DNA of 64,000 nt, taken from positions 2,528,001 through 2,592,000 of the forward strand of contig CP147778.1 in NCBI GenBank assembly GCA_037305845.1. Direction: 5' to 3'. Positions 28,370 through 38,884 of the stretch are shown in pieces. Made by a program: the position numbers and the translations under genes. A model generated the notes under the pieces. The model was not told where the DNA came from. It did no database searches and was given only the letters and a program-made list of their open reading frames with translations. Source of the DNA: Candidatus Freyarchaeum deiterrae. Its GTDB lineage: Archaea; Asgardarchaeota; Jordiarchaeia; Jordiarchaeales; Jordiarchaeaceae. Numbering within the stretch: the first letter of the stretch is position 1; each line of letters begins with the position of its first letter.

Positions 28370-29014
28370 ATGATAATTACCAAGGTTAAAAACGACGAAG
28401 AACTCAAAGCAGCTATAGAACCATTCAACAAGCTAGCAATTGTAGGATGCGGAACCTGCGCTACTTTGTGCCAGACAGGTGGCGAAGACCAGGTTAAAGC
28501 CATGGTTCAGAAGCTAACGGACATGGGCAAGCAAGTTACTGCTTCCATAGTTATCGAGAGCCCCTGCGACATGAGAATTGATAAGCGTGACTTGAAGAGA
28601 ATAGGAGACCAAGTGAGTGATGCTGATGCTCTTCTCGTGATGTCGTGTGGAGTTGGAGTCCAAGTCGTAGGAGACGCCACTGACAAAATCGCCCTAGCCG
28701 CATTAGACACCATGTTCATAGGCGAGGTCGAGCGAATCGGTAAATTCTACGAGATGTGCAGAGCCTGCGGATCCTGTATACTAAATGAAACCGGAGGAGT
28801 CTGTCCGATAACCCGGTGTGCAAAACACTTACTCAACGGACCTTGCGGCGGTATGCGTGAAGGAAAATGTGAGGTCGGAACTGACAAAGACTGCGCATGG
28901 GTACTCATCTACAATAAGCTCAAAGAGCAGGGTAGAGGCGAACTTTTCGTAAAGTTCAGAGAACCCCGAGACTACAGCGTAAAAGCTGGACCAATCGAAG
29001 TCATATGGAAGTAG
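28370..29014 (+). CDS. metV: Methylene-THF reductase small subunit MetV
   Basis: GCGTCATLCQTGG, SCGVGVQ, CRACGSC, CPITRCAKHLLNGPCGG, CAW. Confidence 0.93.
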   Translation: MIITKVKNDEELKAAIEPFNKLAIVGCGTCATLCQTGGEDQVKAMVQKLTDMGKQVTASIVIESPCDMRIDKRDLKRIGDQVSDADALLVMSCGVGVQVVGDATDKIALAALDTMFIGEVERIGKFYEMCRACGSCILNETGGVCPITRCAKHLLNGPCGGMREGKCEVGTDKDCAWVLIYNKLKEQGRGELFVKFREPRDYSVKAGPIEVIWK

Positions 29015-29032
29015 AAAGGAGGCTAAAAAAAG

Positions 29033-29956
29033 ATGACAGCAATAACTGAAGTGTATAGCGATCTTGGAAAGAGCCTTAAGGCCGGCAAATGGACCTGGAC
29101 TGGAGAAATAGAACCCGGAAAAACCACTGACCTAGAAGAAGTAATTAGCACCGCTAAACTGCTCGCAGGGCAGGTGGTGGCAGCTAACGTCACAGACAAC
29201 CCACAATCATTCGGCTGCATGAACAGCCTAGTCCCATCACACCTCATCCAGGAGGAAGCTGGACTAGAAGCCATATGGCAAGTGACTTGCCGAGACAGAA
29301 ACCGCCTCGGACTATTATCCGACATACTCGCAGCAGGCCACTTAAAAATTAAAAACATACTCGCACTAACCGGTGACCACACCGCCTCAGGAGACAACCC
29401 ACAATCCATGCCAGTATTCGACATAGATTCCGCCCAACTCGTCTACATGATTAAGAAAATCATGGACGGCAAAGACTTAGCTGGAAACGAAATCAAAAAT
29501 CCTCCAAAATTCCACATAGGAGTCGCGGGTGCGCCAGGAGCGGACCCCTTCGAGCCAGAAATCCTTAAAATCGAACGCAAAATCAACGTGGGTGGAGAAT
29601 TCATCCAAACTCAAGTAGTCTTCGATATGGAAGTAGCAAAGAAATTCTTAGAAGCAGTCAAATATCTTAATGTACCTACACTGATAGGGATTTGCCCATT
29701 GAAATCTTACAAGATGGCAAAATGGATGGACGAGTTCTGCCCAGGAATTTTTGTCCCTCCAGAAATTTTGGGTGCCTTGCAGAAGATTCAAGACGCTCCC
29801 AAAGAGGAGCGACGAGAGAAGACTGACAAATGGAATCTTGACTTTTTCGAGGACTGGATAAAAGAGCTCAAGAACACAACCAGCGCAGCGGGATGCCACA
29901 TAATGGCTGTGGGCTTCGAGTACATCGTTGCAAGTATAGTTAAAATGATAAAATAA
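29033..29956 (+). CDS. metF: Methylenetetrahydrofolate reductase MetF
   Basis: TGEIEP, NVTDNP, TCRDRNR, ALTGDH, FIQTQ. Confidence 0.93.
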   Translation: MTAITEVYSDLGKSLKAGKWTWTGEIEPGKTTDLEEVISTAKLLAGQVVAANVTDNPQSFGCMNSLVPSHLIQEEAGLEAIWQVTCRDRNRLGLLSDILAAGHLKIKNILALTGDHTASGDNPQSMPVFDIDSAQLVYMIKKIMDGKDLAGNEIKNPPKFHIGVAGAPGADPFEPEILKIERKINVGGEFIQTQVVFDMEVAKKFLEAVKYLNVPTLIGICPLKSYKMAKWMDEFCPGIFVPPEILGALQKIQDAPKEERREKTDKWNLDFFEDWIKELKNTTSAAGCHIMAVGFEYIVASIVKMIK

Positions 29957-30068
29957 ACTTCCTCCCCTTTTTCAACCTTTATTATTCTACTTTTTTATTA
30001 CCAACAATAAAAACTATCACTGAAACCTAACAAGCGACTGGACATAATTTTTTTCAGTCGCTCTCTAT

Positions 30069-30806
30069 TTATTTCTGGTTTAGAAAATCTGAGAGTTTGG
30101 CTATTTTTTCGATCCCTTTTGTATACATTGGTGATTTTATTAGTGGGGTAATCCCTGTTCCCGTTACTATCGATGGGGCTGACTTGTACACCGGGTTTGG
30201 CGTCCACTGGGGTCCTTTTTTTGTTTTTATGAGATAATAAGCCGCACCCCTAGTGTTTTCGATTGGTTCGTAGATTGATTCAAACTTGTTTGAGACCCAG
30301 TTTGCCATAACTAGCGTTTCTAGTCCCTTATTTATTGTTATGTGCCCGTGCAGGGGAGGCGATACCCAGAGCCCGCCGCTCTTTGTTTCCGTCGCCGTGA
30401 AAACCTCTACTCTGAGAGGATCTTCATCACTCCTTTTTTGTGAGACGTAAGTTGCGGTTCCCCGGAATACACCGTATATTTCAGGGTAAAGAGCCGGGTG
30501 ATAGTGCCCCGAGGTTTTTCCATACTCATCTCCCAGCATAAAGGCCTTCATTACGGTTATGTCGAACCGCACAAAGTACTCTGCAACAAGGGATCTGTGC
30601 TCTTGGAGAGCAACGTCCCTGTACATCCAATAAGCAATCTCCTGCGCATCAACTTCTAGGTCTTGGTTTCTGGCTACCTTGGAGAGCTCGCCTAGGGTTC
30701 TAACGCTTGGTTCAGGAAGCTCCAATTCCATCGAATCCGAACTCAGCATATTTGTTTTTACGTCAAAATTTACGGGAAGCCCCAAAACTTTCTCTAAACT
30801 AATCAT
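30069..30806 (-). CDS. Cupin-type glucose-6-phosphate isomerase family protein
   Basis: YWMYRDV, RFDIT, KTSGHYH, PEIY, H.TIN. Confidence 0.85.
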   Translation of the reverse strand: MISLEKVLGLPVNFDVKTNMLSSDSMELELPEPSVRTLGELSKVARNQDLEVDAQEIAYWMYRDVALQEHRSLVAEYFVRFDITVMKAFMLGDEYGKTSGHYHPALYPEIYGVFRGTATYVSQKRSDEDPLRVEVFTATETKSGGLWVSPPLHGHITINKGLETLVMANWVSNKFESIYEPIENTRGAAYYLIKTKKGPQWTPNPVYKSAPSIVTGTGITPLIKSPMYTKGIEKIAKLSDFLNQK

Positions 30807-30888
30807 CCCTTACTACCCCTACCTGTTTATTATATTATTGTTGGTTTTTAAGTTGTTGTCCGGTTTTGGTTGGTTTTTCTAAAAAGCG

Positions 30889-31296
30889 TTACTCGATTTT
30901 TTGTAGGCTTTCTTCCATGTTTTTTAGGGCATCTTTAGCTCTCTCCGTTTTTCCGTCTTTTTCCAGTCTCTCTGCATATTTTTTGTAGAGGTCTGCCGCC
31001 TTCTGGTAGCATTCTTTCATTTTATCTTCGCTTCCTGCTTGCTCGTAGCATTTTCCAGCCCTTTTGAAGTTATCCGCGCTCGTACCCAGAAAGTCCTGTG
31101 CAACTAAATTTTCTCCCACTTTTTCAAAGCAGTCTGCCGCCTTTAAGAAACTCTCTTTGGCCTTTTCTTTGTTTCCTGCGTCAAGGTAGCAGGCTCCTGC
31201 CCACTCGAAATCGTCACCAGCTTCAGCTAAATCATTTTTTTCCAAGCTATTTTCTGCCTTTTGATAGGCTTTATCTGCCTCCTTTTTAAGACTCAA
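30889..31296 (-). CDS. SNAP-like/TPR helical repeat protein
   Basis: AGxxFExAGxCYxxAG..KAxExFxKAADxF repeats, as in alpha-SNAP. Confidence 0.75.
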   Translation of the reverse strand: MSLKKEADKAYQKAENSLEKNDLAEAGDDFEWAGACYLDAGNKEKAKESFLKAADCFEKVGENLVAQDFLGTSADNFKRAGKCYEQAGSEDKMKECYQKAADLYKKYAERLEKDGKTERAKDALKNMEESLQKIE

Positions 31297-31431
31297 GATG
31301 TAACCCCCTGTAACAGAAGTAATAATAATATTAGAGCTTCAAATATATGAAATTATTCGATTTTCAATTCTCCCTTCTCCCCCAGTAAAATAATAAATAG
31401 ACAGGTTAGGAGAAAACGGCTGATGGTAGTT

Positions 31432-32928
31432 TTACTCTGTTTCTTCATCGACCCAGGAGAATTTTTTTTGGAGGGTTTTGGGGTAGTAGTTTTTCCAATC
31501 GTAGTCTACTTTTTTACCCCATTCGTAGTACACTCTGGGATCAATGTAGCTTTTGAGCGAGGTTGTGAGGTTATAGTTTTTGGTTTCCTTCATGCTTTCG
31601 ATCTGAACCTCTAATTCCTTCACCTTTTCCAGAGATTTTTCAGTTTTCTTTTCTTTCAGTTTTATAAGGCGTTCCTTCTTCTTTTCCAGCGAGCTCTGGA
31701 AGCCTTTTGACACCTGCTTTTTATGGTTGCAGATTTCAGCGGCTTTGAGGTTAGCCACTCTGGCGGTGTTTTTCTTAACATAGTCTGGGTCATCCTTCGC
31801 GGTTTTAGAGCCGTATAGTTCGCTCTCTACCACTTGGGTAGCGTGATAAGTTCTGAAGACTTTGGCGCTCAACCCGGGCATAACCTCGTAAAGAAACTGG
31901 CTAACGTTACTCGACCTAACCCCCTCAAAAATTGCTGATTTCGCTTCCGAAATAAACTCCTGAAGATTTTTAATCACCTCGGGCGGAAGAGTAACCTCTT
32001 TTTCCCACCTCACCGAGTCTTTGCCCAGAAAATTGAATTTTGTTAACCCGTTTTCACCAATTTTGATGTGACTGGGCCTAAGTGTAGTGGCGCCCACAGT
32101 GTCCGCCTCGTCCTTATCCTTCTCATCACCCACACGAAGCTTCAAAGCGTCAATAAGGTAACACACGGTAGCTATCTTCCTTCTCTTAGGATCCTCCGAA
32201 ACCAAGTTTTCCTCTATATGCTCCCTAAGCTCTTCTATTTTGCTATCAAGTTCTACGGCTTTGTTGAACTTCTCGATTTCCCTTCTCTGCTTTACGTGTG
32301 AGGTGTCTGAAAGCCATACATGCTTTAGTTTTCCACGTAACTTGTCATCCCACTTCGCCACCCACATGTAATCCGGTTCCCACACAATTTCTTTCCAATT
32401 TCCGGAGGGTCTGGGTGCGTCGGGTGAAAGGTTTAGAACAACATCCTCAGGTCTCGGGCCTCTCTTCCATTTTCCTCTAAGGGGATGTTCCCCTCTACCC
32501 ATGAAAATGCTTGAAGGCTCAGCAATGTAATTTGCAATCTCCACTTTTTTTCCATCTACAGTAACATAACCATACTTCTCTCTGTTATTTTCACGTATTA
32601 CCTTGCGTTCTGCAGCGAGTTTCTTCTTCTCCTCCTTTAGCACATTGGCCTTCCTAAGCTTCTCCTCTTCCACGTACTTTACAATTTCAGAAAAATCAAA
32701 GTCCTCTCGAGAAACTTTCTCCAGACCTAAAGCTGCACTAAAGTCATTAAAGAAGTTTTTAACGAAGACTGGATCCTCCACGTAAACTGTGCCTAGCTTT
32801 TTGACCCACGCTACAGCCATCTCTTCTTGTTCTGGCGCCAGTTTAATCTTTGTTCCCTTATACGAGATGGAGAATCCCTTTGTCTCATACTTCGGAAACA
32901 GAATGCCATTATGGATTAACTGTTTCAC
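31432..32928 (-). CDS. DNA topoisomerase IB (eukaryote-like)
   Basis: HNGILFP, FMGRGEHPLRGKWK, LRVGDEK, FLGKDS, KVFRTY, ICNHK, SYIDPR: catalytic R-K-R-H-Y pentad present. Confidence 0.95.
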   Translation of the reverse strand: MKQLIHNGILFPKYETKGFSISYKGTKIKLAPEQEEMAVAWVKKLGTVYVEDPVFVKNFFNDFSAALGLEKVSREDFDFSEIVKYVEEEKLRKANVLKEEKKKLAAERKVIRENNREKYGYVTVDGKKVEIANYIAEPSSIFMGRGEHPLRGKWKRGPRPEDVVLNLSPDAPRPSGNWKEIVWEPDYMWVAKWDDKLRGKLKHVWLSDTSHVKQRREIEKFNKAVELDSKIEELREHIEENLVSEDPKRRKIATVCYLIDALKLRVGDEKDKDEADTVGATTLRPSHIKIGENGLTKFNFLGKDSVRWEKEVTLPPEVIKNLQEFISEAKSAIFEGVRSSNVSQFLYEVMPGLSAKVFRTYHATQVVESELYGSKTAKDDPDYVKKNTARVANLKAAEICNHKKQVSKGFQSSLEKKKERLIKLKEKKTEKSLEKVKELEVQIESMKETKNYNLTTSLKSYIDPRVYYEWGKKVDYDWKNYYPKTLQKKFSWVDEETE

Positions 32929-33177
32929 TTAGAAACACCCACCAAATCTATTATCCCACGATATTCTTTTCGCGTCTTTGGAGTTATTGAATCTATACAT
33001 TGAAACCTTTATATCTCTTATCTTAACTAAAAACTGGGAAGAAAAATTTATTTTGTTTATTCCCTATCCCAATTTCACTAAACAATAGTCGATATTAAAA
33101 GTTTTCCGATTAATGAGAAAAGTATCAATCAACGCTTTTGAATACTGTTTTAAATCTTCCATTCTAGTTATTTCTAT

Positions 33178-34251
33178 GTGAGGTTAGGTAAAATGTCAAA
33201 AGATGTTTCATTTTCAGATGAGGAGAGGGATAGATACTCTAGAAATATTGTTCTCGATTACATAGGATTTACCGGCCAGAAAAAACTCAAGAAATCCAAG
33301 GTTCTGGTTGCCGGGGTGGGAGGAATCGGGTGTTACGCGGCACTGCTCTTCGCTCAGATGGGTGTTGGAACGATTCGCCTAGTGGATATGGACATCGTAG
33401 AAGTTTCAAATCTTCAGAGGCAAGGATTATACAATATGGAGCTGGTGAATTACCCTAAGGTTGAGGCAGCCAAAATTCAGCTCACCAAGTTAAACCCGGA
33501 AATAAACATAGAAGCTCTACCCTATTTTCTGGATGAGACCAATGTTATGAAATTATTAGAAGGTATTGATGTTGTGGTTGACGGACTCGACGCAATAGAG
33601 CCCAGATACATTTTAAACAAGGCTTGCTACAAGTTAGGTATACCCTACGTTTTTGGAGCCGCAATTGAGACTTACGGCAACGTTTTCACAATAATTCCCG
33701 GAGAAACCGCCTGCTTAGAGTGCTTCTATGGAAATATTAGCGATGAAACGCTACCAGCATGCGGACAGGTAGGAGTTTTTCCACCGGTCCCCTCAATAGT
33801 CGCCGATATTGAAGTGTCGGAAGCGGTGAGAATTCTTCTGGGCAAGGCGCCACAGCTGGCGGGCACTTTGCTTATCATTGATACCTCGGATCTCTCCTTC
33901 GAGAGAGTTTCCCTCAAAAAAGAGGATTCTTGTAGGGTTTGCAGCCGTAAGCCGGAGGAAATAATATTCCAATCGAAGCGAGAGGAAAAGGGTGTGAAAG
34001 CGGTTTGCGGCAGGGCGCTTAAAAGCACCTACATAGTCGTACCCGAAAAAGACCTCAATTTAGACTTTCAAAAAATAATTGAGAACATGGATGAATCATA
34101 CAAAATAGTCACGATGTCCGAACTAGGAATCGCTCTAAAAAAAGACGCAAAGGTGGATATCAATATACTCAAATCAGGAGTAGGCATTATCAAAGGAACA
34201 CGTGGAGACGAAGTAGCACAAGAAATCTATGAGCAATTAACTCAACAATAG
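33178..34251 (+). CDS. ThiF/MoeB/E1-like adenylyltransferase
   Basis: RYSR, GVGGIG, DMDIVEVSNLQRQ, CLEC, CRVC. Confidence 0.93.
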   Translation: MRLGKMSKDVSFSDEERDRYSRNIVLDYIGFTGQKKLKKSKVLVAGVGGIGCYAALLFAQMGVGTIRLVDMDIVEVSNLQRQGLYNMELVNYPKVEAAKIQLTKLNPEINIEALPYFLDETNVMKLLEGIDVVVDGLDAIEPRYILNKACYKLGIPYVFGAAIETYGNVFTIIPGETACLECFYGNISDETLPACGQVGVFPPVPSIVADIEVSEAVRILLGKAPQLAGTLLIIDTSDLSFERVSLKKEDSCRVCSRKPEEIIFQSKREEKGVKAVCGRALKSTYIVVPEKDLNLDFQKIIENMDESYKIVTMSELGIALKKDAKVDINILKSGVGIIKGTRGDEVAQEIYEQLTQQ

Positions 34252-34409
34252 CTTTGCCAGCGGTATACGATTTTATTAATGCTAAATCCTTTATATATCT
34301 TGATAATATTGTGCATATTGGACTATACATTTTGATAACAAAAAGTTTAAATTATGAAAAGTATAAATATGTTATTACTATCAAAAGGGGAAAAAAGAGT
34401 GTGAGAAAG

Positions 34410-34772
34410 ATGAAAACACCCTGCGAAGTAATGAACAAATTCTACCTACCCTCAATTCGAGCTATGATCGCAAGAGACCTGTCACAAAACTACAACTGTA
34501 CACAGATGAAAATAGCGGATTGGCTGGGAGTGACCCAGGCCGCCATAAGCCAATACCTCTCCTCAAAGCGAGCAGTCACCGAACAAATGTTACAAAATAG
34601 ACCAGAAGTAACCGAGATAATCAAAGACCTCACAACTAAACTAATGAACGGCGAGAAAGATAACTTCAACTCGACCAAAGAGGTATGCAGAATTTGCAAA
34701 ACTTTAAAGTTATGCGAAGAAGGTTATGAAGCAGTAAAGAGTTTCCAGACGGTTAAATACAAAGAAGTGTAA
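34410..34772 (+). CDS. HTH transcriptional regulator (COG2522-like)
   Basis: PCE...LPSIRAMIA..TQMKIADWLGVTQAAISQYL..KR..CRIC; ATG at 34410 preferred over the listed 34254. Confidence 0.88.
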   Translation: MKTPCEVMNKFYLPSIRAMIARDLSQNYNCTQMKIADWLGVTQAAISQYLSSKRAVTEQMLQNRPEVTEIIKDLTTKLMNGEKDNFNSTKEVCRICKTLKLCEEGYEAVKSFQTVKYKEV

Positions 34773-34861
34773 ATAGCCCCAAGAAACGAATTAGTCACAC
34801 CTGTAACCTGCTTCCACTCTTTAAAAGTTGAAAGAATCCCACAATGGTTACAAAGACGACC

Positions 34862-35062
34862 TCACCGAGGTCGTTTTATCTTTATTGTCTTATTCTTCTT
34901 CACTGGTGTTTTTGGGAATTCGTAGCCGCAAGCAGGACATAAAATGAGATTACAAGCCTTTGCGAGAGGGCAAAACGTACATCCCTCTGCCTTTTCCTCC
35001 GTGAATTCATGTCCGCATAAAGGACACCTGTAAACTTCCTTCTCAGATACTACGTCTGGCAT
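34862..35062 (-). CDS. Small Cys-rich zinc-ribbon/Fe-binding protein
   Basis: CPLCGHEF..GCTFCPLAKAC..CPACGYEF. Confidence 0.75.
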   Translation of the reverse strand: MPDVVSEKEVYRCPLCGHEFTEEKAEGCTFCPLAKACNLILCPACGYEFPKTPVKKNKTIKIKRPR

Positions 35063-35140
35063 AATTCAATACTTCCTAAATCAAAGCTGGTTAAAGTCCT
35101 CCCACTATAACCTATGGTTTAGACCTTTTAACTCTTTCAA

Positions 35141-36619
35141 CTATTTTTCCATGAGTTTTGATTTGATTTGGGTGTACTGGTACATTGCTCCTAAGGCTTT
35201 GACCGCCAAATCTATGTCAAGATAGCTGGGGTAATCTGAGGCTTCGAAAGCATTGTAAATTTTGTTAACACTCTCAGTAACAGGACCGTAAATCCAGATT
35301 ACTATGGGCTTATCTGCGGGTGTTTCAGCCTCTTTGAGCATTTTAGTGTAGAGTTCTGGTGGAATTCCCGGATAAGCGTAGATGGTGAGCAAAAGGCAAT
35401 CAACATTGTTATCTTCAGAAAAGACTTCCACCGCCTTTCTATAAGGCGTAATTGGATCCATAAGCGCGGGCATAGCCGGCCCAATGTCTAAGGGATTACC
35501 AACCATTGTGGGATGAACTTGGAATAACTTTTCATTGCTCTCATTTGACAGCTTACTCAGCACCAATCCCCATTCCGCTGCTGTATCTATAGCCATTATG
35601 CCTGCTCCGCCGGAAAGTGTAATTATTCCCAACCTGTTTCCCCGTGGAAGTGGCTGGCATCCGAACACTTTAGCGACCTGAAATAGTTCCACGAATGAAT
35701 TCACCTGAATCAAACCCGCCTGTCTGAATACCGACTCGTAAATTTTCCGGTCTCCAGCCATCGACCCCGTATGAGAAGCTAAAGCCTTTTTACTCTCACT
35801 AGTCCTCCCGGGTTTGTACACTATTATGGGCTTCTTTTTAGCGACTCTTTTAGCCACTTCTAAAAATCTCGGTCCATCTTTAATATCCTCGAGGTGCATT
35901 GCGATTACTCTGGTTTCCGGGTCGTTTTCAAGATATTCCAAAAGGTCTGTTTCGTTGACATCACACTTGTTACTCAAGTCACAGGTTTTGCTGACTCCGT
36001 ATTGCAGGTCTTCAAAGGCATATGCTTGCGCCCCTATAATTCCTGTCTGCGCGGCAAGCGCCACATGTCCCCTCCTTATACTCTTGTACCCCATTGGATA
36101 GGGCATGGTTATTACACTTAAGTAGGGGTTCACAATACCAATAGTGTTTGGACCCAATAGTCTTAATCCCGTCTGCTGAGAAATCTCCACTATCCTCTTT
36201 TGAAGTCTCGCTCCCTCATCATCTCTTTCCGCAAAACCGTCCGCTACAATAACTGCTCCCTTCAACCTCTTTTCTGCACAGTCCCTAAGTATTCCGGGCA
36301 CTGCCCTAGAGGCGGTAATAATCACCGCTAAATCCACTTCACCTGGAATTTCCTTAACATTCCGATAAACCTTAATTCCCTCAACCTCAGAATAAGAAGG
36401 ATTCACCAAATAGACGTTTCCCTTGTACCCCAAATTTTTCAAGTTGTTGAGAGCGACTTGGCCCCCAAACCAGGGGTTACTAACCACACCAATTATCGCG
36501 ATGCTTTTCGGCTCGAAAAAAGGAGTCAAATCGCTTCTAAACCTCACAGTTTCAGACCGATTCTCATAACCTTCAACGATATTCGATTCATCCCGAGTAC
36601 TTTTCAGGCCCATTTCCAT
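35141..36619 (-). CDS. Acyl-CoA synthetase (NDP-forming), alpha subunit
   Basis: FFEPKSIAIIG, LLGPNTIG, ASHTGSMAG (phospho-His), SGGAG, NPLD. Confidence 0.92.
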   Translation of the reverse strand: MEMGLKSTRDESNIVEGYENRSETVRFRSDLTPFFEPKSIAIIGVVSNPWFGGQVALNNLKNLGYKGNVYLVNPSYSEVEGIKVYRNVKEIPGEVDLAVIITASRAVPGILRDCAEKRLKGAVIVADGFAERDDEGARLQKRIVEISQQTGLRLLGPNTIGIVNPYLSVITMPYPMGYKSIRRGHVALAAQTGIIGAQAYAFEDLQYGVSKTCDLSNKCDVNETDLLEYLENDPETRVIAMHLEDIKDGPRFLEVAKRVAKKKPIIVYKPGRTSESKKALASHTGSMAGDRKIYESVFRQAGLIQVNSFVELFQVAKVFGCQPLPRGNRLGIITLSGGAGIMAIDTAAEWGLVLSKLSNESNEKLFQVHPTMVGNPLDIGPAMPALMDPITPYRKAVEVFSEDNNVDCLLLTIYAYPGIPPELYTKMLKEAETPADKPIVIWIYGPVTESVNKIYNAFEASDYPSYLDIDLAVKALGAMYQYTQIKSKLMEK

Positions 36620-36877
36620 AACTTCCCTTGAACATCATTTTTAGACTCTTGGTTTACAAATTTAAAATAACATTAAATACCACAATTATTTAAAGCTATA
36701 ATTGGACCGAATCGTTGAATTGGTTCGTGCTAGACAAAATTCACAAACTTTTCTCATTGAAACTCGCTTATTTCCAAAAAATTAATCAGCAATACTCTTA
36801 TTTATAGGATAACTAACTGCTTTGAAACAAAATAAGTTTAAGAGCTTGAAACTCGGGAAGTTCTCAGTTTAATTGGG

Positions 36878-37309
36878 TTGATTTTTATGACCGATGGTTA
36901 TGACCTATTAGTCTATTCCGATGGTGGTTCTAGGGGAAACCCTGGTCCTTCTGCTATTGGTTTTGTTGTTTGTGATGGTAAGGGTAAGGTTTTAACGAGT
37001 TACGGAGAGTACGTGGGAACTCATACGAATAATCAGTCTGAGTATTTGGCACTGATTAAGGCTCTAGAGCAGGCTATCACTCACTCTAAAGGTAGGGTAC
37101 ACTGTTTTCTTGACAGTGAGCTTGTAGTAAAGCAGCTAAACGGTGAGTACGAGGTGCGGGACAGCGACTTGAACACTTTGTTTTCGAAGGTTAAGGGTTT
37201 AGAGAAGAAATTTAAAAGTGTAAAGTATTCGCATGCTCCTAGGAACACCGGTAAGCTTTCCGTAGCTGATGGACTTGTGAATAAGGCTCTCGACTCGAAG
37301 CAGAAATGA
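36878..37309 (+). CDS. rnhA: Ribonuclease HI
   Basis: YSDGGSRGNPGP, TNNQSEY, DSELVVKQ, ADGLVN. Confidence 0.93.
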   Translation: MIFMTDGYDLLVYSDGGSRGNPGPSAIGFVVCDGKGKVLTSYGEYVGTHTNNQSEYLALIKALEQAITHSKGRVHCFLDSELVVKQLNGEYEVRDSDLNTLFSKVKGLEKKFKSVKYSHAPRNTGKLSVADGLVNKALDSKQK

Positions 37310-37506
37310 GAGAATCTTATGGTTTTTGGAATTTTTTATTCCCGTTTTTGTTGATTTCAAGAAAAAAATTACTTAAATCAAATGTTAAGGGCCTGGATTT
37401 TTCCGTTTTTTGTTTGTTTTAGTTTATTTTTTTCCGATTTATGCATTCCATACGACTTAATTAAGCAGAAACATTTATAGAATAAAAAAATAATAAAACT
37501 GTTTAG

Positions 37507-38010
37507 ATGCAGTCTAATACAAACATGTTAGAAGGAAGGAGGAAAATGGCCTTACTAGAAAAAATTCAAAGCAAAATAAAAGACGATCACGTATCCGCAT
37601 CCGAAAAAAAGTCAAAAGTAGACTTCAAGTGGGAGGAAGTCGTCACCGTCGACAGCTTAAAAGAAAAGTGGCAGGAATACCTCGACGACATCAAATCCGA
37701 CATAGACAATCTATCACTTTCCCGGGCACAAGTTCTTGCCGAGGGCTATAGACTATACGAGAAAGACTCGGTAAAAATACTGGACAGACTAGAAACCATA
37801 ATAAAACAGAGAAAAATAAAATGCGAAAGAGAACCCGACCAACTAAAAATGAGCCTCGACGAAGAATACGATAAGAACAGACTAGAAAAACTCGGAGACA
37901 AAGACCTAGACAAAACAGTCGAAGAAGCCACCAAAACCCTACAAGCCAAAGTAAAAGACGTCTGGCACGCCTTAGGAAGAGTAATATTCCGAGAAGTCGC
38001 AGAAGAATAA
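37507..38010 (+). CDS. Hypothetical coiled-coil protein
   Basis: Charged helical ORF; likely start at MALLEK after a GGAGG SD. Confidence 0.7.
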   Translation: MQSNTNMLEGRRKMALLEKIQSKIKDDHVSASEKKSKVDFKWEEVVTVDSLKEKWQEYLDDIKSDIDNLSLSRAQVLAEGYRLYEKDSVKILDRLETIIKQRKIKCEREPDQLKMSLDEEYDKNRLEKLGDKDLDKTVEEATKTLQAKVKDVWHALGRVIFREVAEE

Positions 38011-38252
38011 ATCCCCCTATCTTTTATTATTCCATAAAAATAATGAGCTTTCAAATTACTCATCTCCCTCTAACACTACATCTGTTAATTTAGCTTTATA
38101 AACAACCTTCCCCTGCTTCGGGAAGATTGAATCCCAACCCTTAACTTGCGGTTAAACTAATTTCTAACAAGTTTAAAATTTCCGGATTCTAAGTAAAATA
38201 TCGGCTTAAAATCAGGGAATTGATACTTTTTTGCACTTTCTCGCTCCAAATA

Positions 38253-38510
38253 CTATTGCTCAAGTATTTTGGTTTTGATTGGTTGACAATGCATTTCTTC
38301 AATAATTTTTGTCAGATCAATCAGCATATCTTCTGTTTCATCCAGCAAGTCTTCGTTTTTTTCATCGGAGGCTCTTAAGTTACTAAGGAACGCCTCGATT
38401 TCTCGTTTTACCGATGAAAGATCGCCCTTAATCATTTCACGCTTGGCATATCGATATTTCTCACGGATTTCATCAATACTTGGCTTCAAACAGCTAAACC
38501 TTCCTTCCAT
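38253..38510 (-). CDS. Hypothetical protein
   Basis: 85-aa helical ORF. Confidence 0.5.
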   Translation of the reverse strand: MEGRFSCLKPSIDEIREKYRYAKREMIKGDLSSVKREIEAFLSNLRASDEKNEDLLDETEDMLIDLTKIIEEMHCQPIKTKILEQ

Positions 38511-38884
38511 ACATCTTTTTTTTATTACTATTACTCAACATTTTACGGTAATTATTCTTCACTATACTGAATTACTTCATGTCCTTAATTTTTTAAAAAG
38601 GTACCTTAACGTGGAAAGTCAGTTTATCTTTTCCAAAAATAGCGGATGAAACACCTATATTTTCATTGAAATTTTAAAAAGTACAACCGTATTTTTATTC
38701 TCTCAAAAATTTGACCAAAATTCCACTAGTGGGAATTGTAAAAAGTGGGATAAAAAATTACCTTACATTTTTATCAGGGTAAAACTTATATAGTTCTACT
38801 AAGCGCTCTTTCTCAAAAAGGAACATTTCAAGACTCCTTCTATGGAAACAATAATTTAAAAGAGAGAGGTCATATTAAATCCTA

